Assembly: GCA_902553145.1 (NCBI GenBank)
Contig: CACDKD010000001.1
Span: forward strand, 89,786 to 153,785
Source of the DNA: an uncultured Gammaproteobacteria bacterium
GTDB lineage: Bacteria; Pseudomonadota; Gammaproteobacteria; Steroidobacterales; UBA11654
Reading direction: 5' to 3'
Length of the DNA: 64,000 nt
Shown here: piece after piece, positions 1-10,014 of the stretch
Layout of the letters: each line of letters opens with the position of its first letter
Numbering within the stretch: the stretch's first letter is position 1
Notes under the pieces: generated by a model
Seen by the model: the letters and a program-made list of their open reading frames with translations, nothing else
Databases searched by the model: none
What the model was told of the DNA's origin: nothing
Made by a program: the position numbers and the translations under genes

Positions 1-1
1 G

Positions 2-631
2 CTTACACAGTTGATGGCAAAAGCAATGAACAAAACTCTAGTCAGTGTTCTATTCCCATTTGGGGAAGCATCTCAAACATCTGGTGATGCTGTAGAGGGA
101 GAGATGAAGCCTATCGAAGCTGGCGATGCTGGAATTATGATGGCATTTGCACAAAAGGTTATTATCATTCCTGGATATGGCATGGCGGTTGCTCAAGCTC
201 AACAGAAAGTTTGGGAGCTTAGCCAGCTTCTTATAGAGAGGGGCGTTGATGTCAAGTTTGCCATTCATCCTGTTGCAGGAAGAATGCCAGGCCACATGAA
301 TGTTTTATTGGCTGAAGCTGGAGTCCCTTATGAGTTAATTTTCGATGAAGATGAAATAAATCAAGAATTTAAGAGCTGCGATGTTGCACTTGTCATCGGA
401 GCAAACGATGTCGTTAATCCAATAGCCAGAACCGATCCATCAAGCGAAATCTATGGCATGCCGATACTTGATGCTGACTATGCCTCTAACGTAATTGTAG
501 TCAAAAGAGGTCAAGGAACTGGGTTCTCAGGAATTGAAAATATCCTATTCTTTCTGGATAACACCAGGATGCTTTACGGTGATGGAAAAGCTGTTGCTAC
601 AGATCTTGTGAACTCAATAAAAGAGCTCTAA
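2..631 (+). CDS. pntB: NAD(P)+ transhydrogenase beta subunit, C-terminal part (5' end outside window)
   Basis: Motifs PGYGMAVAQAQ, AIHPVAGRMPGHMNVLLAEA and IGANDVVNP. The frame is open back to the window start (LTQLMAKAMN). Confidence 0.95.
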   Translation, partial: LTQLMAKAMNKTLVSVLFPFGEASQTSGDAVEGEMKPIEAGDAGIMMAFAQKVIIIPGYGMAVAQAQQKVWELSQLLIERGVDVKFAIHPVAGRMPGHMNVLLAEAGVPYELIFDEDEINQEFKSCDVALVIGANDVVNPIARTDPSSEIYGMPILDADYASNVIVVKRGQGTGFSGIENILFFLDNTRMLYGDGKAVATDLVNSIKEL

Positions 632-672
632 GAAAAATAATTTTAACCCCCGTATTCCTATCACACCAGTTG

Positions 673-681
673 TGTTATTCT
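673..681 (+). promoter_or_regulatory. Extended -10 promoter (TG-t-TATTCT) 7 nt upstream of ATG 689; probable leaderless mRNA
   Basis: TGTTATTCT followed by CACCAAC-ATG, with no Shine-Dalgarno-like sequence. Confidence 0.5.
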
Positions 682-688
682 CACCAAC

Positions 689-1804
689 ATGTTTGTAGAA
701 TTTGAAATGGAACGCCTTCAGTCACTTTATGAAAATGAAGTGAAATATAACCTCAGTGACAGCGGAAACCACCCGCTATCAATGAATGACCTTCTTTCTA
801 AAGAAGAGATATCAAGAATCCTCGACATGGAAATATATTATGGTTATACAACAGGTGACCCAAAACTCTTATCTGCTATCGCATCCTGGTATCCAGAGAA
901 AATCGATGAGAGTAACATTCTCGTAACAAACGGTTCTGCAGAGGCCAATTTCTTAATTGGTTGGACATTGCTTGAGCCTGACGATGAGGTAGTTATGGTG
1001 CTCCCAAATTACATGCAAGTGCCTGGTCTGGCAAAAAATCTGGGGGCAAAAGTAAAAACAATTCACCTCAAAGAATCTCTTGGGTGGCACTTGGATCTTG
1101 ATGAGCTTGCATCAATGGTCAACGATAAAACAAAATTGATTTCCATCTGCAATCCAAGCAACCCAACTGGTGCAGTAATGACAGACGAAGAAATGCAATC
1201 GATCGCTGAGATAGCAAAAAAACATGATGCCTATATTCACTCAGATGAGGTTTACAGGGGATCTGAGCTTGACGGAAAAGAAACAAAGAGCTTTGTTCAT
1301 TTTTATGACAAATCGATCATCTCTTGTGGCCTATCAAAATCCTTTGCGCATCCAGGGCTAAGAATTGGGTGGCTGGTTGCTTCGCCTGATATCATCCAAA
1401 GCATTTGGACTAGAAAAGACTATACGACTCTCTGTGCTTCAGTGATTTCACAGGAAATTGGAACTAAGATCATGTCCTTGCCAACCAGAAATAAAATCTT
1501 GGGCCGCTCAAGCGAAATGCTTACAGAAAATTTAGTGTTGTTCCAAAGCTGGGTAGATAGTCACAAAGAGCTTTTCACATTTGTTCCTCCCAAAGCTGGT
1601 GGCATGGCTTTTGTGGGCTATAACATGGATATCAATAGTACTGAATTTGTTCATAAATTGCGGGTTGACCAAAGCGTATTGATTGTGCCTGGAGATTGCT
1701 ATGGAATGGATGGATATCTCAGATTCGGAATAGGAGCAAATCAAGACTATCTCAGTGAGGGCTTAGAGCTAGTCAGCGACTGCATAAAGTCTTTGGGCTA
1801 TTGA
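689..1804 (+). CDS. PLP-dependent aminotransferase class I/II
   Basis: VTNGSAEAN, CNPSNPTG, DEVY and LSKSFAHPGLRIGW (PLP-lysine) motifs. Confidence 0.9.
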   Translation: MFVEFEMERLQSLYENEVKYNLSDSGNHPLSMNDLLSKEEISRILDMEIYYGYTTGDPKLLSAIASWYPEKIDESNILVTNGSAEANFLIGWTLLEPDDEVVMVLPNYMQVPGLAKNLGAKVKTIHLKESLGWHLDLDELASMVNDKTKLISICNPSNPTGAVMTDEEMQSIAEIAKKHDAYIHSDEVYRGSELDGKETKSFVHFYDKSIISCGLSKSFAHPGLRIGWLVASPDIIQSIWTRKDYTTLCASVISQEIGTKIMSLPTRNKILGRSSEMLTENLVLFQSWVDSHKELFTFVPPKAGGMAFVGYNMDINSTEFVHKLRVDQSVLIVPGDCYGMDGYLRFGIGANQDYLSEGLELVSDCIKSLGY

Positions 1805-3786
1805 AGCATTCCATTTTAAATATAGCTGTGGATACGCCTGTATCTCAGGTTTTCGACTATTACCCTCCCGAGAATTCAGATTACAGACCAAAAATAGGCC
1901 AAAGGGTTTTGGTTCCTTTTGGGAGAAGAGAGGTTGTTGGTTTTATTCACAAAATCTCGAATGGTTCTTCTTTGCCAAAAGAGAAAATTAAACCCTGTAA
2001 GTCGATAATTGATAAGGAGCCACTAATCAATGAAGGGGCTCATGGATTGGTTTCGTGGTGTAAAAACTACTATCACCATCCTCTTGGAAAAACCTATGCC
2101 GCGGCAGTTCCAAAATATCTGAGAACAGGAAAAACCCCGGCCATTGAAAAGATGCTTTTCCATGAATCTAAAGACAAAAAAAAGCTAAGGGTCCACCAAA
2201 AGAAGGCCTATGATGACTGTGCAAAGCTGCTCAAAAAACCTAGCCCCATTCTTCTTAATGGAGTAACCGGCAGTGGCAAAACCGAGATATACCTTCACCT
2301 AATGGAGAGGGTCCTTTCTAAAAAGAAGCAGGTTCTTTTCTTGGTGCCTGAGATTGGCTTAACTCCTCAATTATATGAGGCAATAACCTCAAGGTTCGGA
2401 AATTGTGTAGGACTAATCCACTCATCGACTACCGACAAATCGAGAGCTAAAGCGTGGCTTGCCGCTAAAGAAAACAAGCTCTCGGTCATCTTGGGGACTC
2501 GCTCTTCCATATTTGTTCCTTTTCATTCTCTTGGACTGATTGTCATTGATGAAGAGCATGACGAATCATATAAACAACAATCCGGTCTGATGTACTCTGC
2601 GAGAGACCTTGCTGTTGTAAAAGCCAAAAAATCAGGTTGTGGTCTGGTGCTGGGTTCAGCAACGCCTTCCTATGAAAGTCTGTTGAATGCTGAGAAAGGC
2701 AAGTACAGTGAGGTGCGACTCACTAAGAAAGTTTTTTCTGCGAAGCCCCCTGAAAAAAAGCTCATTAACTTGAATGCCAACCCTTCAAAAAAGGGTTTGA
2801 GTGGCCCATTATTCAAATCTATTTCCAAAGCATTAGAAAAAGGCGAGCAGTCCCTCTTGTTTATAAATCGAAGAGGTTACTCTCCGGTAACGATGTGTGA
2901 AGAATGCGGCAAAATAGATGAGTGCCCAAGATGTGAAAGCAACTTGGTGTCATACAAGGGCTCGGGAAAACTAAAATGTCATCATTGCTCCTATCAGAAA
3001 ACAGCTGTGATGAACTGTTCAGTTTGTGATGGCAAGAAGATTACAGTTGGTCATGGCACCGAAAAAATTGAAGAAGAGCTAAATTATAAATTCCCAGAGG
3101 AGATGATCATCAGAATTGATCGTGACACAACCAGCAGCAATAAAAAAAGAAAAGAGGCGTTCGCGTATGCCAGGTCTGGTGAAGCAAAAATTCTGGTGGG
3201 AACGCAGATGCTTACAAAAGGCCATGATTTTCCAAACCTATCGCTCGTAGCTTTTGTTAATGTCGATCAAGGTCTTTTTGGTAGTGGATATCGAAGCAGT
3301 GAGCGTTTTGCTCAACAATATTATCAGGCATCCGGCAGATGTGGGCGAAGGAATAAAAAAGGATTGGTATTGTTGCAAACACACAATCCAGAAAATGAGG
3401 CGCTTAAGTCCCTTCTGAATGATAGCTATGTGGCATTCTATGAAAAAAACAAGGAAGACAGAAAGCGTTTGGAATGGCCCCCATATACTTATTCTTTTTT
3501 AGTAAGAGCAGAGTCTCCCAGTGAAAAAAAAGTGTTTGATTTCCTAGATGTTGTTGCTGAATTTATAAAAAATTCTGAAGAAACAAGCTCGCTTAAACTT
3601 CTTGGGCCCATTCAATCTCCAATTGGAGTAATTAGAGGGAAGAAAAGGGGGCAGCTGATGCTTATAAGCAAGAATAGAAAAAAATTACACATGATCAGTG
3701 GACGATTGATAAGCTTTATTGATGCAAAAAAACTTGGAAGAAAAGTAAAATGGTCTATTGATGTAGACCCTACTGATCACTCATGA
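1801..3786 (+). CDS. priA: Primosomal protein N' (replication restart helicase), shortened N-terminal region
   Basis: VLVPFG 3'-binding domain, GVTGSGKT Walker A, DEEH, Cys-rich Zn motifs, GTQMLTKGHDFP and WSIDVDP. TTG start overlaps the upstream TGA. Confidence 0.96.
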   Translation: MKHSILNIAVDTPVSQVFDYYPPENSDYRPKIGQRVLVPFGRREVVGFIHKISNGSSLPKEKIKPCKSIIDKEPLINEGAHGLVSWCKNYYHHPLGKTYAAAVPKYLRTGKTPAIEKMLFHESKDKKKLRVHQKKAYDDCAKLLKKPSPILLNGVTGSGKTEIYLHLMERVLSKKKQVLFLVPEIGLTPQLYEAITSRFGNCVGLIHSSTTDKSRAKAWLAAKENKLSVILGTRSSIFVPFHSLGLIVIDEEHDESYKQQSGLMYSARDLAVVKAKKSGCGLVLGSATPSYESLLNAEKGKYSEVRLTKKVFSAKPPEKKLINLNANPSKKGLSGPLFKSISKALEKGEQSLLFINRRGYSPVTMCEECGKIDECPRCESNLVSYKGSGKLKCHHCSYQKTAVMNCSVCDGKKITVGHGTEKIEEELNYKFPEEMIIRIDRDTTSSNKKRKEAFAYARSGEAKILVGTQMLTKGHDFPNLSLVAFVNVDQGLFGSGYRSSERFAQQYYQASGRCGRRNKKGLVLLQTHNPENEALKSLLNDSYVAFYEKNKEDRKRLEWPPYTYSFLVRAESPSEKKVFDFLDVVAEFIKNSEETSSLKLLGPIQSPIGVIRGKKRGQLMLISKNRKKLHMISGRLISFIDAKKLGRKVKWSIDVDPTDHS

Positions 3787-5519
3787 CGATGGAAGAAAAA
3801 ATAAAAGGCTTGATCATTGATGCATTGGCTGAAAGCCAAGGCATTAATGAGGATGAACTGAATGAGATCGGCCTCGAGCTTTCTAGAAACGCCAATAATG
3901 ATCACGGAGACTTTTCCAGCAACATTGCTCTCAAGTTGGCCAGCAAGCTTAAGAGTCCTCCAATGAAACTTGCTGAGGAAATTATTGGCTCTCTTGAAAC
4001 CCCCGCTGAACTAGAGCTGGCAGAGTGTGTTAAACCTGGGTTTATAAACTTCTACCTTTCTGCTGAAAAAAAACACAGCGTTCTCGAAACCATAATGAAA
4101 CACGGCAGGGATTTTGGCTCGTCTTGTGCTCCAGAAAAAATGAGGGTTCTTCTAGAATTTGTCTCAGCAAATCCAACTGGGCCACTTCATGTAGGACATG
4201 GTCGACATGCTGCCTTTGGTGATTCGCTGGCGCGCCTTCTAAAAAAAGCGGGTCATGAGGTTTTCACTGAATATTATCTGAATGATGCGGGCAGGCAGAT
4301 AGATATCCTTTGTTTAAGTGTTATCTTGGAGATGCTTCGTGATGAAGGGTTGGAATTAAAGAATATCAATGGCCTTTACAAAGGCACATACATCAAAGAA
4401 ATTTCTCAAGCATTAATCAAAGAAGGTTTCGAGATAAATAAAAAAATCTTGATTCCAAAGCTCGACGGATCAGCTGATGAAATTGTTGATGCGCTTATAT
4501 TAGAGATGAAAAATGTTATAGGATCCGAGCTTTTTCAAAAAATTTCAGACAAAACTGTATCTCGGATGACAAAACTGCTTAAAGACGACCTTTCAGACTT
4601 TAGAGTTAAGCAAGATGGTTTTTATTCTGAAAAATCTCTTTTTTCTAAAGGAAAAATTGAAGAGGCTTGTGAGATCGTAAAGAAAAACGGAAATGCCTAT
4701 GAAAAAGATGGTGCGCTCTGGCTTGAGTCATCCAAATACGGTGATGACAAAGATCGTGTGGTTATAAGAGAAGACGGAAGATCTACCTACTTTGCGTCTG
4801 ATATTGCATATCATCATGACAAGAAAATGAGAGGTTTTGATCTTTTGATTAATGTTTTAGGCTCTGATCATCATGGTTATGTTTCGAGGCTTGAGGCAGG
4901 CCTCGCCTCAACTGGGAATAAAGCTTCTGACTTAGATGTGATTTTGATGCAGTTTGTGACTCTATACAGGGGAAAGAAAAAGATTCAGATGTCTACTCGA
5001 TCAGGTAACTTTGTGCCAATGAGAGACCTTTACTCAGAGGTTGGTGTTGATGCCGCTAGATTTTTTTATGTCAGCAGATCTCATGATCAGCACTTGGATT
5101 TTGATCTAGATCTTGCGACTGAGCAAAATAACAATAATCCTGTTTACTATATCCAGTATGCAAATGCTCGAATAAAGAGCGTGCTCAATGAAAACAAAAA
5201 AAGGGGCTATGTTTTTGATGAGGGCATAGGAAAAGCAAATCTCGTGAAGCTTGACCTAACAATAGAAGAGGAGATCATTTCTCTTTTAGGAAAATACCCA
5301 GAAACCATATTAAAAAGCTCTGAGACTAGAGCAGTAAACAAGATAGCAAATTATCTAAAGTCTTTGGCGCAACTGTTTCACTCATATTATGGTTCAACAA
5401 AATTTGTGTCTGAAGACGAAGAAATAAGGAATGCTAGAATCCTCCTATTGATCTGTGTTTCAACAATTATTGAGGATGGTCTTGATATCTTAGGGGTTTC
5501 ATCTCCTCTTAAGATGTAG
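3783..5519 (+). CDS. argS: Arginine--tRNA ligase
   Basis: EFVSANPTGPLHVGHGR (HIGH), GDDKDRV, MSTRSG and NPVYYIQYA. Confidence 0.97.
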   Translation: MTMEEKIKGLIIDALAESQGINEDELNEIGLELSRNANNDHGDFSSNIALKLASKLKSPPMKLAEEIIGSLETPAELELAECVKPGFINFYLSAEKKHSVLETIMKHGRDFGSSCAPEKMRVLLEFVSANPTGPLHVGHGRHAAFGDSLARLLKKAGHEVFTEYYLNDAGRQIDILCLSVILEMLRDEGLELKNINGLYKGTYIKEISQALIKEGFEINKKILIPKLDGSADEIVDALILEMKNVIGSELFQKISDKTVSRMTKLLKDDLSDFRVKQDGFYSEKSLFSKGKIEEACEIVKKNGNAYEKDGALWLESSKYGDDKDRVVIREDGRSTYFASDIAYHHDKKMRGFDLLINVLGSDHHGYVSRLEAGLASTGNKASDLDVILMQFVTLYRGKKKIQMSTRSGNFVPMRDLYSEVGVDAARFFYVSRSHDQHLDFDLDLATEQNNNNPVYYIQYANARIKSVLNENKKRGYVFDEGIGKANLVKLDLTIEEEIISLLGKYPETILKSSETRAVNKIANYLKSLAQLFHSYYGSTKFVSEDEEIRNARILLLICVSTIIEDGLDILGVSSPLKM

Positions 5520-6783
5520 TTTTTTTCTTCTTTTTATATTCAATATCAAGCGATTGCAGCTTTCGATATAGATTTGTTCGTTCCATATCTACCCTTCTTG
5601 AAAGCTCGCTTATCTTTCCGCCAACAATCTCTAGTTGCCTTGTTAAATAAGCTCTTTCAAAAAGCTTCTTTGCTTCCTTCATACTCAAAGAAAGAATGTT
5701 ATTTTCTATCAGGATGTTTCCGCTTGGTCCTTGTAATATAATGATTTCTTGAATTTCATCCACATTGACTATTTCTTTATCTTTTCTAGAAAGAAGTGCC
5801 TGAACAAGGTCTACCAGCTGACGAAGGTTTCCCGGCCATTGGTACTTTGAAAGCATGTTTTGCGCTGCTAAGCTAAATCTTCTATAGTTATACCCATCCT
5901 TGTTAACAAAATATTTTACCGTCTCATCAAGCATTTCTGGCACCTCTTTAAGCGAGCTTCTAAGAGGAGGAATTTTTATAACAGTACGCTTTTGTTCTTC
6001 CATAAAAATAACTTCATCAATCCCAGAAACACCTATGAATAACTTAGGTATGTTCTGACTTGAGTGGCCGATCAGCTCTTTTGAAATAAGGGCTTTTTCT
6101 TCTTTTGACAGTTTTTCTATATTCTCAATAAATAAGACTGAATTTTTTTTGTCCTTAAGGCTCTCATGAAAAATGTTTTGGCTATCATCATTGATGCTTG
6201 CGCTATCGGTAAATTCAAGCTTCTTATATTCGCCTAGCTCGCTATATTTTAATGAATGCAGCGCTTTACACCATGCGGTCTTATCTACTCCTTCTTCAGA
6301 CTGAATTATAAAAACACTCTCCTGTTCAAGAAGAAGAGAAATTTCATCAAGCGTCTGCTTGAATGATGATATGTTTTGCACCAAATGGGAAAAAACATCG
6401 TCTCCAACCATGTCTTCTGACAATACCTCATGAGCAGAAGTGAGAAGTTTTTCTATTGATACAGGTTTTTCTATGAAGTCTTTTGCGCCTAATTTGGTGG
6501 CCTCAATTGCGGTTTCGATTGTTGCGTGCCCTGAAATCATAATCACTGGAAATTCTGTTTGTGATTCTTTTGTCCAGTCTTTCAATAGGCTTATGCCGTC
6601 TTCTTCTGGCATCCATATATCAAGGAACACCAAATCTGGTTTTTTGTTCTTTGCCTCAATCCTAGCTTCCTCAGCCGAAGAGGCTGTTGAGGTTGAATAT
6701 CCCTCATCATTCAAAATTTCTTGAATAATTTTTCTGATTTCCAGCTCATCATCAACTATCAGTATGTGTTTTGTTTTACTCAC
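5509..6783 (-). CDS. ntrX: NtrX-type response regulator (REC + degenerate AAA+ + Fis-type HTH)
   Basis: ILIVDDE, LDIWMP, MISGH, WPGNLRQL and VDMERTNLYRKL. Lies directly downstream of an NtrY-like kinase. Confidence 0.85.
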   Translation of the reverse strand: MSKTKHILIVDDELEIRKIIQEILNDEGYSTSTASSAEEARIEAKNKKPDLVFLDIWMPEEDGISLLKDWTKESQTEFPVIMISGHATIETAIEATKLGAKDFIEKPVSIEKLLTSAHEVLSEDMVGDDVFSHLVQNISSFKQTLDEISLLLEQESVFIIQSEEGVDKTAWCKALHSLKYSELGEYKKLEFTDSASINDDSQNIFHESLKDKKNSVLFIENIEKLSKEEKALISKELIGHSSQNIPKLFIGVSGIDEVIFMEEQKRTVIKIPPLRSSLKEVPEMLDETVKYFVNKDGYNYRRFSLAAQNMLSKYQWPGNLRQLVDLVQALLSRKDKEIVNVDEIQEIIILQGPSGNILIENNILSLSMKEAKKLFERAYLTRQLEIVGGKISELSRRVDMERTNLYRKLQSLDIEYKKKKKTTS

Positions 6784-8534
6784 TGAACGCTCTCCCTATT
6801 TTCTTGCTCTATTGGTAAAATAATTTTAATGATTGCGCCAACATTACTATTGTCTATATTAATTTCGCCTTTATGCTCATCTATGATGCTCTTAACAATT
6901 GCGAGCCCAAGCCCTTTTCCATGCTCTTTGGATGTTTGATATGGCTCAAAAGCATTTTTGATAATATCCTCATCGAAACCTTGCCCGTTATCATTTATTG
7001 TAATTTGGCAATATTTTCCTGAATTATTTTTTGTGGTTTTTGTCTCAAAATTAATTGCTGGTTTTTCCGCTTGGTTGCAAGCATCAATTGCGTTTAACAA
7101 TAAGTTATTTAGAACTTGTTGAATCTTATTTGCATCAACTTCAATTAGTCCAGTGTGGTCTTTTTTTATGTCAAATGAAATGTTCTCGTGTTGTCTTGAA
7201 AAAAGCTGGATACTCTCTTCAATCAAATTATTTATATCTATTTTGCTAAAGCTAAGCTTTTCTCGTTCTGCAAAATTACTAAAGGCGCTAACAAGGTCTC
7301 GAAGAACATCAACCTGTGTGATGATTGTTTTGGTCGATGCTTCTATGAATTCTTTTTCTTGTGGTGATCCGATGAATTTTTTTTGAATTCTCTCGGCTGA
7401 TAATTGTATCGGCGTGAGTGGGTTATTAATCTCATGCGCCATCCTTTTTGCAACATCGCTCCATGCAGCTTCTTTTTGTGCTGCCATGAATGAGTTTACT
7501 AGAACTGCAATCTCATCTTCTTCTCCGTATTCTTTTTTATTGGAAAAATTTTGTTCCGAATCTGTTTTTTTGTCGGTCTGTTTTTCAAGTGATTCTATTG
7601 GTTTAACAAGCCTATCTGCAAATTCAAATGAGCCGTAAATTGCAAGGAGGAGTGACAGCATCACCACAATGCCCAAAGTTAGTGCATAACTATATTGAAT
7701 GGGGGTTTTCATGAAGCTCAACATTCCATATCTAGCGTATGTTTCCTCAACGGAATAGGCCATCATGCTAAGCTTGGGGTCAAGACTATAAAGGGCTTGT
7801 AAATAAATTGGTTTTTCATTTAAGGAGAAGCTGATTACCGGAACTAAAACCCTTATCAGATACCTATCATCAGTCGTTGAGTCTAAACTTGTCCATGATT
7901 GCTTAAGTGCCACCTGGTTGATTTCAAAAGCTGTTGGAACACGAACAGATGATTGATCTACCTGAGATGAGCTGCTAGCCAAAAGCCTAAGGTCAGCGTC
8001 AATTAAGGACAGTTGGATTGCATCATTTTCTTTTCTCTGGTTCTCGAGTAGCTGTGTTATGTTCTCCATGCCTTTAAGCTGAATGGATATATTTGATGTT
8101 GCAAATAATCCGTCCTGAATTCTTTCGTCTAATGCTGACCTTCCGAGCATCAAGGCATCGCTTAAGCCTTTCTCAACATCTGCATCTGACCATACGCTTA
8201 TGCCTTTGTTCATAAAATTGATCGCAAAGAAGAAAATAACAATTGCTGGAATAAGCGCCAAACCAGAAAAGGCTAAAGCCATCCTAAATCTCAGCTTTGC
8301 TCCTAGTTTTTTTTGTTTGTAATCATGAAATAGGTTTTTTGCGCTTAGGGCAACAACTGGCAAAAGTGCGAAAAAAGAAAGAATGTTCACAGCGAGCAAT
8401 GAAACCTGGATTCTATTGAACTCGGTTGGGTCATCGTCTGAAAATAGGAGCGCGATTAATGAGGCAATGCTCAAAAAAATGAGTACGGAAACTATTTTTC
8501 TTATTTTTATAGAGCTCAGTCTAAAAGTTTCCAT
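6780..8534 (-). CDS. ntrY: NtrY-type membrane sensor histidine kinase
   Basis: N-terminal TM helices, AAWSDVAKRMAHEINNPLTPIQLSAER H-box, and N/G1/F/G2 boxes (NLLLNA, DNGQG, FEPY, GKGLGL). Confidence 0.85.
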   Translation of the reverse strand: METFRLSSIKIRKIVSVLIFLSIASLIALLFSDDDPTEFNRIQVSLLAVNILSFFALLPVVALSAKNLFHDYKQKKLGAKLRFRMALAFSGLALIPAIVIFFFAINFMNKGISVWSDADVEKGLSDALMLGRSALDERIQDGLFATSNISIQLKGMENITQLLENQRKENDAIQLSLIDADLRLLASSSSQVDQSSVRVPTAFEINQVALKQSWTSLDSTTDDRYLIRVLVPVISFSLNEKPIYLQALYSLDPKLSMMAYSVEETYARYGMLSFMKTPIQYSYALTLGIVVMLSLLLAIYGSFEFADRLVKPIESLEKQTDKKTDSEQNFSNKKEYGEEDEIAVLVNSFMAAQKEAAWSDVAKRMAHEINNPLTPIQLSAERIQKKFIGSPQEKEFIEASTKTIITQVDVLRDLVSAFSNFAEREKLSFSKIDINNLIEESIQLFSRQHENISFDIKKDHTGLIEVDANKIQQVLNNLLLNAIDACNQAEKPAINFETKTTKNNSGKYCQITINDNGQGFDEDIIKNAFEPYQTSKEHGKGLGLAIVKSIIDEHKGEINIDNSNVGAIIKIILPIEQENRESVQ

Positions 8535-9067
8535 TCTATTGCCTCGAATTCTGTATCCAGGTTTTCTCTCCAGAAGGACAGAGTTTTAATCCATTGTGAT
8601 ATGCCTTCAGCACTGATTTCTGCTTCCATTATCACGCTGTAATTTTTTTCAATATCTAAAATTGAGTCGTCAACAAGTGGTATATTTTTTATCTCCGAAA
8701 AAAAGACTTCGACTTCTTCTATAGATGAAAAGCTAGCTTTTGTTCCAATGTTTAGGTTTGAAATCATGTATCTGCCTGTAAACGCATTCAGCCTTATTGA
8801 ATAAGCTTGGCTTAATGATCCAATATCGCGATCTATTCTCCAGTTTCTGATATCAACAATTGAAAAGCTTAATTGAAAACGCAAAGTCAGCCCTGAGTCA
8901 AGCGCTTCGATTTGTTGTTGTTGAAGCTTGAACGGAAGCTGAACATCACTGAAATAAACCCCGTCCTTAACATAAGAATTGCCAGCTCCAAGATTTGCAA
9001 AGGCCTGTGTGCTAAAAAAAAGAAAAAAGAAAAGCATAAGCATGAAGTTTTGTGGCCTTCTAATCAT
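8516..9067 (-). CDS. DUF4390-family exported protein
   Basis: Signal peptide, EALDSGLTLRF motif, and the conserved position immediately upstream of ntrY. Confidence 0.75.
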   Translation of the reverse strand: MIRRPQNFMLMLFFFLFFSTQAFANLGAGNSYVKDGVYFSDVQLPFKLQQQQIEALDSGLTLRFQLSFSIVDIRNWRIDRDIGSLSQAYSIRLNAFTGRYMISNLNIGTKASFSSIEEVEVFFSEIKNIPLVDDSILDIEKNYSVIMEAEISAEGISQWIKTLSFWRENLDTEFEAIEWKLLD

Positions 9068-10014
9068 GAAAATCGTCTTCCGTCTAATTTGTTCCCTCTC
9101 GCAAAGTCTGCTGCGAGCATCTCTTTTTTGCCCTCGGGCTGAATTCCCTTGAGTATAATTTTGCTGCCATTACATTTCACAATAACCCCTTCCTTGTTGA
9201 TGTCCATTATCTCGCCGGGTTTGCTTTTATCTTCATCGCCAACCAAGGCTTCTGAATCCCATATTCTAAGGTACTTATCATCAAGATAAGTATGTGCTAC
9301 AGGCCATGGATAGTAAGCCTTTATTTTTTTATCTATGGCTTGTGAGGTCTCATTCCAGTCTATGCGAGCATGCTCTTTTTTTATAATTTTACTATAGGTA
9401 ACAAGGCTTTCATCTTGATGCTTAGCGGCAGAGTTGCCATCAAGAAAAACGGGGAGAAACTCCTGGACCATATCTGCTGCAAGCACGGAGAGCTTTTTAG
9501 ATAAGGCCTTTGAATTTTCCCCTGACAATTGAATTGATTCTTGTTGGTATATTGGCCCAGCATCAAGCTCGCCTGTCATTTGCATTAGGGTAATGCCAGT
9601 TGCTTTATCGCCCTCAAGTAGAGCAGACTCTATCGGGGAAGGACCCCTCCATCTTGGAAGAAGTGATGGGTGAATATTGATATTACCCAAACAAAAACTA
9701 TTTAAGAATGCTTCTGACAATATCTTGCCATATGCTGATGTAATAAGTGCATCCGGTTTTCTTTTATCCAGTTTTTCTAAGAAGCTATTATCGTTTGGGC
9801 TTATGGGCATAAGGGTCTCTAAATTGTGTTGCGCTGCATACTCAGCCAGAGGGTTGTTTTTTATTTTCATTCCTCGCCCTTGCCTCTTCGGTGGACTCGT
9901 AAGCACAGTTATCCTTTTATATTTTAGGCTTAGCAGCCTCTGAAGTGGCTGAATAGAAAAAGTATCGGAGCCTGCATAAAAAATCGATTTATTCAGGTTT
10001 TCATTGGAAAGCAT
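9064..10014 (-). CDS. fmt: Methionyl-tRNA formyltransferase
   Basis: AYGKIL, NIHPSLLPRWRGPSPI and LDAGPI motifs; follows def. Confidence 0.96.
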   Translation of the reverse strand: MLSNENLNKSIFYAGSDTFSIQPLQRLLSLKYKRITVLTSPPKRQGRGMKIKNNPLAEYAAQHNLETLMPISPNDNSFLEKLDKRKPDALITSAYGKILSEAFLNSFCLGNINIHPSLLPRWRGPSPIESALLEGDKATGITLMQMTGELDAGPIYQQESIQLSGENSKALSKKLSVLAADMVQEFLPVFLDGNSAAKHQDESLVTYSKIIKKEHARIDWNETSQAIDKKIKAYYPWPVAHTYLDDKYLRIWDSEALVGDEDKSKPGEIMDINKEGVIVKCNGSKIILKGIQPEGKKEMLAADFARGNKLDGRRFS

